From: Chiloscyllium plagiosum
Taxonomy: Eukaryota
Reading direction: 5' to 3'
Length of the DNA: 36,000 nucleotides
Assembly (NCBI RefSeq): GCF_004010195.1
Contig: NW_025213788.1
Location: 1-36,000, forward strand
In this document: positions 25,301 through 34,300 of the stretch, in pieces
How positions within the stretch are numbered: position 1 is the first letter of the stretch
Layout of the letters: each line of letters begins with the position of its first letter
Notes under the pieces: generated by a model
Seen by the model: the letters and a program-made list of their open reading frames with translations, nothing else
Database searches by the model: none
Told to the model about the DNA's origin: nothing
Translations under genes and position numbers: made by a program

Positions 25301-28300
25301 ATGTCCCACAGCGGGGAGCAGAGCAAGTCACAGGCCATGTCCCACAGCGGGGAGCAGAGCAAGTCACAGGCCATGTCCCACAGCGGGGAGCAGAGCAAGT
25401 CACAGGCCATGTCCCACAGCGGGGAGCAGAGCAAGTCACAGGCCATGTCCCACAGCGGGGAGCAGAGCAAGTCACAGGCCATGTCCCACAGCGGGGAGCA
25501 GAGCAAGTCACAGGCCATGTCCCACAGCGGGGAGCAGAGCAAGTCACAGGCCATGTCCCACAGCGGGGAGCAGAGCAAGTCACAGGCCATGTCCCACAGC
25601 GGGGAGCAGAGCAAGTCACAGGCCATGTCCCACAGCGGGGAGCAGAGCAAGTCACAGGCCATGTCCCACAGCGGGGAGCAGAGCAAGTCACAGGCCATGT
25701 CCCACAGCGGGGAGCAGAGCAAGTCACAGGCCATGTCCCACAGCGGGGAGCAGAGCAAGTCACAGGCCATGTCCCACAGCGGGGAGCAGAGCAAGTCACA
25801 GGCCATGTCCCACAGCGGGGAGCAGAGCAAGTCACAGGCCATGTCCCACAGCGGGGAGCAGAGCAAGTCACAGGCCATGTCCCACAGCGGGGAGCAGAGC
25901 AAGTCACAGGCCATGTCCCACAGCGGGGAGCAGAGCAAGTCACAGGCCATGTCCCACAGCGGGGAGCAGAGCAAGTCACAGGCCATGTCCCACAGCGGGG
26001 AGCAGAGCAAGTCACAGGCCATGTCCCACAGCGGGGAGCAGAGCAAGTCACAGGCCATGTCCCACAGCGGGGAGCAGAGCAAGTCACAGGCCATGTCCCA
26101 CAGCGGGGAGCAGAGCAAGTCACAGGCCATGTCCCACAGCGGGGAGCAGAGCAAGTCACAGGCCATGTCCCACAGCGGGGAGCAGAGCAAGTCACAGGCC
26201 ATGTCCCACAGCGGGGAGCAGAGCAAGTCACAGGCCATGTCCCACAGCGGGGAGCAGAGCAAGTCACAGGCCATGTCCCACAGCGGGGAGCAGAGCAAGT
26301 CACAGGCCATGTCCCACAGCGGGGAGCAGAGCAAGTCACAGGCCATGTCCCACAGCGGGGAGCAGAGCAAGTCACAGGCCATGTCCCACAGCGGGGAGCA
26401 GAGCAAGTCACAGGCCATGTCCCACAGCGGGGAGCAGAGCAAGTCACAGGCCATGTCCCACAGCGGGGAGCAGAGCAAGTCACAGGCCATGTCCCACAGC
26501 GGGGAGCAGAGCAAGTCACAGGCCATGTCCCACAGCGGGGAGCAGAGCAAGTCACAGGCCATGTCCCACAGCGGGGAGCAGAGCAAGTCACAGGCCATGT
26601 CCCACAGCGGGGAGCAGAGCAAGTCACAGGCCATGTCCCACAGCGGGGAGCAGAGCAAGTCACAGGCCATGTCCCACAGCGGGGAGCAGAGCAAGTCACA
26701 GGCCATGTCCCACAGCGGGGAGCAGAGCAAGTCACAGGCCATGTCCCACAGCGGGGAGCAGAGCAAGTCACAGGCCATGTCCCACAGCGGGGAGCAGAGC
26801 AAGTCACAGGCCATGTCCCACAGCGGGGAGCAGAGCAAGTCACAGGCCATGTCCCACAGCGGGGAGCAGAGCAAGTCACAGGCCATGTCCCACAGCGGGG
26901 AGCAGAGCAAGTCACAGGCCATGTCCCACAGCGGGGAGCAGAGCAAGTCACAGGCCATGTCCCACAGCGGGGAGCAGAGCAAGTCACAGGCCATGTCCCA
27001 CAGCGGGGAGCAGAGCAAGTCACAGGCCATGTCCCACAGCGGGGAGCAGAGCAAGTCACAGGCCATGTCCCACAGCGGGGAGCAGAGCAAGTCACAGGCC
27101 ATGTCCCACAGCGGGGAGCAGAGCAAGTCACAGGCCATGTCCCACAGCGGGGAGCAGAGCAAGTCACAGGCCATGTCCCACAGCGGGGAGCAGAGCAAGT
27201 CACAGGCCATGTCCCACAGCGGGGAGCAGAGCAAGTCACAGGCCATGTCCCACAGCGGGGAGCAGAGCAAGTCACAGGCCATGTCCCACAGCGGGGAGCA
27301 GAGCAAGTCACAGGCCATGTCCCACAGCGGGGAGCAGAGCAAGTCACAGGCCATGTCCCACAGCGGGGAGCAGAGCAAGTCACAGGCCATGTCCCACAGC
27401 GGGGAGCAGAGCAAGTCACAGGCCATGTCCCACAGCGGGGAGCAGAGCAAGTCACAGGCCATGTCCCACAGCGGGGAGCAGAGCAAGTCACAGGCCATGT
27501 CCCACAGCGGGGAGCAGAGCAAGTCACAGGCCATGTCCCACAGCGGGGAGCAGAGCAAGTCACAGGCCATGTCCCACAGCGGGGAGCAGAGCAAGTCACA
27601 GGCCATGTCCCACAGCGGGGAGCAGAGCAAGTCACAGGCCATGTCCCACAGCGGGGAGCAGAGCAAGTCACAGGCCATGTCCCACAGCGGGGAGCAGAGC
27701 AAGTCACAGGCCATGTCCCACAGCGGGGAGCAGAGCAAGTCACAGGCCATGTCCCACAGCGGGGAGCAGAGCAAGTCACAGGCCATGTCCCACAGCGGGG
27801 AGCAGAGCAAGTCACAGGCCATGTCCCACAGCGGGGAGCAGAGCAAGTCACAGGCCATGTCCCACAGCGGGGAGCAGAGCAAGTCACAGGCCATGTCCCA
27901 CAGCGGGGAGCAGAGCAAGTCACAGGCCATGTCCCACAGCGGGGAGCAGAGCAAGTCACAGGCCATGTCCCACAGCGGGGAGCAGAGCAAGTCACAGGCC
28001 ATGTCCCACAGCGGGGAGCAGAGCAAGTCACAGGCCATGTCCCACAGCGGGGAGCAGAGCAAGTCACAGGCCATGTCCCACAGCGGGGAGCAGAGCAAGT
28101 CACAGGCCATGTCCCACAGCGGGGAGCAGAGCAAGTCACAGGCCATGTCCCACAGCGGGGAGCAGAGCAAGTCACAGGCCATGTCCCACAGCGGGGAGCA
28201 GAGCAAGTCACAGGCCATGTCCCACAGCGGGGAGCAGAGCAAGTCACAGGCCATGTCCCACAGCGGGGAGCAGAGCAAGTCACAGGCCATGTCCCACAGC

Positions 28301-31300
28301 GGGGAGCAGAGCAAGTCACAGGCCATGTCCCACAGCGGGGAGCAGAGCAAGTCACAGGCCATGTCCCACAGCGGGGAGCAGAGCAAGTCACAGGCCATGT
28401 CCCACAGCGGGGAGCAGAGCAAGTCACAGGCCATGTCCCACAGCGGGGAGCAGAGCAAGTCACAGGCCATGTCCCACAGCGGGGAGCAGAGCAAGTCACA
28501 GGCCATGTCCCACAGCGGGGAGCAGAGCAAGTCACAGGCCATGTCCCACAGCGGGGAGCAGAGCAAGTCACAGGCCATGTCCCACAGCGGGGAGCAGAGC
28601 AAGTCACAGGCCATGTCCCACAGCGGGGAGCAGAGCAAGTCACAGGCCATGTCCCACAGCGGGGAGCAGAGCAAGTCACAGGCCATGTCCCACAGCGGGG
28701 AGCAGAGCAAGTCACAGGCCATGTCCCACAGCGGGGAGCAGAGCAAGTCACAGGCCATGTCCCACAGCGGGGAGCAGAGCAAGTCACAGGCCATGTCCCA
28801 CAGCGGGGAGCAGAGCAAGTCACAGGCCATGTCCCACAGCGGGGAGCAGAGCAAGTCACAGGCCATGTCCCACAGCGGGGAGCAGAGCAAGTCACAGGCC
28901 ATGTCCCACAGCGGGGAGCAGAGCAAGTCACAGGCCATGTCCCACAGCGGGGAGCAGAGCAAGTCACAGGCCATGTCCCACAGCGGGGAGCAGAGCAAGT
29001 CACAGGCCATGTCCCACAGCGGGGAGCAGAGCAAGTCACAGGCCATGTCCCACAGCGGGGAGCAGAGCAAGTCACAGGCCATGTCCCACAGCGGGGAGCA
29101 GAGCAAGTCACAGGCCATGTCCCACAGCGGGGAGCAGAGCAAGTCACAGGCCATGTCCCACAGCGGGGAGCAGAGCAAGTCACAGGCCATGTCCCACAGC
29201 GGGGAGCAGAGCAAGTCACAGGCCATGTCCCACAGCGGGGAGCAGAGCAAGTCACAGGCCATGTCCCACAGCGGGGAGCAGAGCAAGTCACAGGCCATGT
29301 CCCACAGCGGGGAGCAGAGCAAGTCACAGGCCATGTCCCACAGCGGGGAGCAGAGCAAGTCACAGGCCATGTCCCACAGCGGGGAGCAGAGCAAGTCACA
29401 GGCCATGTCCCACAGCGGGGAGCAGAGCAAGTCACAGGCCATGTCCCACAGCGGGGAGCAGAGCAAGTCACAGGCCATGTCCCACAGCGGGGAGCAGAGC
29501 AAGTCACAGGCCATGTCCCACAGCGGGGAGCAGAGCAAGTCACAGGCCATGTCCCACAGCGGGGAGCAGAGCAAGTCACAGGCCATGTCCCACAGCGGGG
29601 AGCAGAGCAAGTCACAGGCCATGTCCCACAGCGGGGAGCAGAGCAAGTCACAGGCCATGTCCCACAGCGGGGAGCAGAGCAAGTCACAGGCCATGTCCCA
29701 CAGCGGGGAGCAGAGCAAGTCACAGGCCATGTCCCACAGCGGGGAGCAGAGCAAGTCACAGGCCATGTCCCACAGCGGGGAGCAGAGCAAGTCACAGGCC
29801 ATGTCCCACAGCGGGGAGCAGAGCAAGTCACAGGCCATGTCCCACAGCGGGGAGCAGAGCAAGTCACAGGCCATGTCCCACAGCGGGGAGCAGAGCAAGT
29901 CACAGGCCATGTCCCACAGCGGGGAGCAGAGCAAGTCACAGGCCATGTCCCACAGCGGGGAGCAGAGCAAGTCACAGGCCATGTCCCACAGCGGGGAGCA
30001 GAGCAAGTCACAGGCCATGTCCCACAGCGGGGAGCAGAGCAAGTCACAGGCCATGTCCCACAGCGGGGAGCAGAGCAAGTCACAGGCCATGTCCCACAGC
30101 GGGGAGCAGAGCAAGTCACAGGCCATGTCCCACAGCGGGGAGCAGAGCAAGTCACAGGCCATGTCCCACAGCGGGGAGCAGAGCAAGTCACAGGCCATGT
30201 CCCACAGCGGGGAGCAGAGCAAGTCACAGGCCATGTCCCACAGCGGGGAGCAGAGCAAGTCACAGGCCATGTCCCACAGCGGGGAGCAGAGCAAGTCACA
30301 GGCCATGTCCCACAGCGGGGAGCAGAGCAAGTCACAGGCCATGTCCCACAGCGGGGAGCAGAGCAAGTCACAGGCCATGTCCCACAGCGGGGAGCAGAGC
30401 AAGTCACAGGCCATGTCCCACAGCGGGGAGCAGAGCAAGTCACAGGCCATGTCCCACAGCGGGGAGCAGAGCAAGTCACAGGCCATGTCCCACAGCGGGG
30501 AGCAGAGCAAGTCACAGGCCATGTCCCACAGCGGGGAGCAGAGCAAGTCACAGGCCATGTCCCACAGCGGGGAGCAGAGCAAGTCACAGGCCATGTCCCA
30601 CAGCGGGGAGCAGAGCAAGTCACAGGCCATGTCCCACAGCGGGGAGCAGAGCAAGTCACAGGCCATGTCCCACAGCGGGGAGCAGAGCAAGTCACAGGCC
30701 ATGTCCCACAGCGGGGAGCAGAGCAAGTCACAGGCCATGTCCCACAGCGGGGAGCAGAGCAAGTCACAGGCCATGTCCCACAGCGGGGAGCAGAGCAAGT
30801 CACAGGCCATGTCCCACAGCGGGGAGCAGAGCAAGTCACAGGCCATGTCCCACAGCGGGGAGCAGAGCAAGTCACAGGCCATGTCCCACAGCGGGGAGCA
30901 GAGCAAGTCACAGGCCATGTCCCACAGCGGGGAGCAGAGCAAGTCACAGGCCATGTCCCACAGCGGGGAGCAGAGCAAGTCACAGGCCATGTCCCACAGC
31001 GGGGAGCAGAGCAAGTCACAGGCCATGTCCCACAGCGGGGAGCAGAGCAAGTCACAGGCCATGTCCCACAGCGGGGAGCAGAGCAAGTCACAGGCCATGT
31101 CCCACAGCGGGGAGCAGAGCAAGTCACAGGCCATGTCCCACAGCGGGGAGCAGAGCAAGTCACAGGCCATGTCCCACAGCGGGGAGCAGAGCAAGTCACA
31201 GGCCATGTCCCACAGCGGGGAGCAGAGCAAGTCACAGGCCATGTCCCACAGCGGGGAGCAGAGCAAGTCACAGGCCATGTCCCACAGCGGGGAGCAGAGC

Positions 31301-34300
31301 AAGTCACAGGCCATGTCCCACAGCGGGGAGCAGAGCAAGTCACAGGCCATGTCCCACAGCGGGGAGCAGAGCAAGTCACAGGCCATGTCCCACAGCGGGG
31401 AGCAGAGCAAGTCACAGGCCATGTCCCACAGCGGGGAGCAGAGCAAGTCACAGGCCATGTCCCACAGCGGGGAGCAGAGCAAGTCACAGGCCATGTCCCA
31501 CAGCGGGGAGCAGAGCAAGTCACAGGCCATGTCCCACAGCGGGGAGCAGAGCAAGTCACAGGCCATGTCCCACAGCGGGGAGCAGAGCAAGTCACAGGCC
31601 ATGTCCCACAGCGGGGAGCAGAGCAAGTCACAGGCCATGTCCCACAGCGGGGAGCAGAGCAAGTCACAGGCCATGTCCCACAGCGGGGAGCAGAGCAAGT
31701 CACAGGCCATGTCCCACAGCGGGGAGCAGAGCAAGTCACAGGCCATGTCCCACAGCGGGGAGCAGAGCAAGTCACAGGCCATGTCCCACAGCGGGGAGCA
31801 GAGCAAGTCACAGGCCATGTCCCACAGCGGGGAGCAGAGCAAGTCACAGGCCATGTCCCACAGCGGGGAGCAGAGCAAGTCACAGGCCATGTCCCACAGC
31901 GGGGAGCAGAGCAAGTCACAGGCCATGTCCCACAGCGGGGAGCAGAGCAAGTCACAGGCCATGTCCCACAGCGGGGAGCAGAGCAAGTCACAGGCCATGT
32001 CCCACAGCGGGGAGCAGAGCAAGTCACAGGCCATGTCCCACAGCGGGGAGCAGAGCAAGTCACAGGCCATGTCCCACAGCGGGGAGCAGAGCAAGTCACA
32101 GGCCATGTCCCACAGCGGGGAGCAGAGCAAGTCACAGGCCATGTCCCACAGCGGGGAGCAGAGCAAGTCACAGGCCATGTCCCACAGCGGGGAGCAGAGC
32201 AAGTCACAGGCCATGTCCCACAGCGGGGAGCAGAGCAAGTCACAGGCCATGTCCCACAGCGGGGAGCAGAGCAAGTCACAGGCCATGTCCCACAGCGGGG
32301 AGCAGAGCAAGTCACAGGCCATGTCCCACAGCGGGGAGCAGAGCAAGTCACAGGCCATGTCCCACAGCGGGGAGCAGAGCAAGTCACAGGCCATGTCCCA
32401 CAGCGGGGAGCAGAGCAAGTCACAGGCCATGTCCCACAGCGGGGAGCAGAGCAAGTCACAGGCCATGTCCCACAGCGGGGAGCAGAGCAAGTCACAGGCC
32501 ATGTCCCACAGCGGGGAGCAGAGCAAGTCACAGGCCATGTCCCACAGCGGGGAGCAGAGCAAGTCACAGGCCATGTCCCACAGCGGGGAGCAGAGCAAGT
32601 CACAGGCCATGTCCCACAGCGGGGAGCAGAGCAAGTCACAGGCCATGTCCCACAGCGGGGAGCAGAGCAAGTCACAGGCCATGTCCCACAGCGGGGAGCA
32701 GAGCAAGTCACAGGCCATGTCCCACAGCGGGGAGCAGAGCAAGTCACAGGCCATGTCCCACAGCGGGGAGCAGAGCAAGTCACAGGCCATGTCCCACAGC
32801 GGGGAGCAGAGCAAGTCACAGGCCATGTCCCACAGCGGGGAGCAGAGCAAGTCACAGGCCATGTCCCACAGCGGGGAGCAGAGCAAGTCACAGGCCATGT
32901 CCCACAGCGGGGAGCAGAGCAAGTCACAGGCCATGTCCCACAGCGGGGAGCAGAGCAAGTCACAGGCCATGTCCCACAGCGGGGAGCAGAGCAAGTCACA
33001 GGCCATGTCCCACAGCGGGGAGCAGAGCAAGTCACAGGCCATGTCCCACAGCGGGGAGCAGAGCAAGTCACAGGCCATGTCCCACAGCGGGGAGCAGAGC
33101 AAGTCACAGGCCATGTCCCACAGCGGGGAGCAGAGCAAGTCACAGGCCATGTCCCACAGCGGGGAGCAGAGCAAGTCACAGGCCATGTCCCACAGCGGGG
33201 AGCAGAGCAAGTCACAGGCCATGTCCCACAGCGGGGAGCAGAGCAAGTCACAGGCCATGTCCCACAGCGGGGAGCAGAGCAAGTCACAGGCCATGTCCCA
33301 CAGCGGGGAGCAGAGCAAGTCACAGGCCATGTCCCACAGCGGGGAGCAGAGCAAGTCACAGGCCATGTCCCACAGCGGGGAGCAGAGCAAGTCACAGGCC
33401 ATGTCCCACAGCGGGGAGCAGAGCAAGTCACAGGCCATGTCCCACAGCGGGGAGCAGAGCAAGTCACAGGCCATGTCCCACAGCGGGGAGCAGAGCAAGT
33501 CACAGGCCATGTCCCACAGCGGGGAGCAGAGCAAGTCACAGGCCATGTCCCACAGCGGGGAGCAGAGCAAGTCACAGGCCATGTCCCACAGCGGGGAGCA
33601 GAGCAAGTCACAGGCCATGTCCCACAGCGGGGAGCAGAGCAAGTCACAGGCCATGTCCCACAGCGGGGAGCAGAGCAAGTCACAGGCCATGTCCCACAGC
33701 GGGGAGCAGAGCAAGTCACAGGCCATGTCCCACAGCGGGGAGCAGAGCAAGTCACAGGCCATGTCCCACAGCGGGGAGCAGAGCAAGTCACAGGCCATGT
33801 CCCACAGCGGGGAGCAGAGCAAGTCACAGGCCATGTCCCACAGCGGGGAGCAGAGCAAGTCACAGGCCATGTCCCACAGCGGGGAGCAGAGCAAGTCACA
33901 GGCCATGTCCCACAGCGGGGAGCAGAGCAAGTCACAGGCCATGTCCCACAGCGGGGAGCAGAGCAAGTCACAGGCCATGTCCCACAGCGGGGAGCAGAGC
34001 AAGTCACAGGCCATGTCCCACAGCGGGGAGCAGAGCAAGTCACAGGCCATGTCCCACAGCGGGGAGCAGAGCAAGTCACAGGCCATGTCCCACAGCGGGG
34101 AGCAGAGCAAGTCACAGGCCATGTCCCACAGCGGGGAGCAGAGCAAGTCACAGGCCATGTCCCACAGCGGGGAGCAGAGCAAGTCACAGGCCATGTCCCA
34201 CAGCGGGGAGCAGAGCAAGTCACAGGCCATGTCCCACAGCGGGGAGCAGAGCAAGTCACAGGCCATGTCCCACAGCGGGGAGCAGAGCAAGTCACAGGCC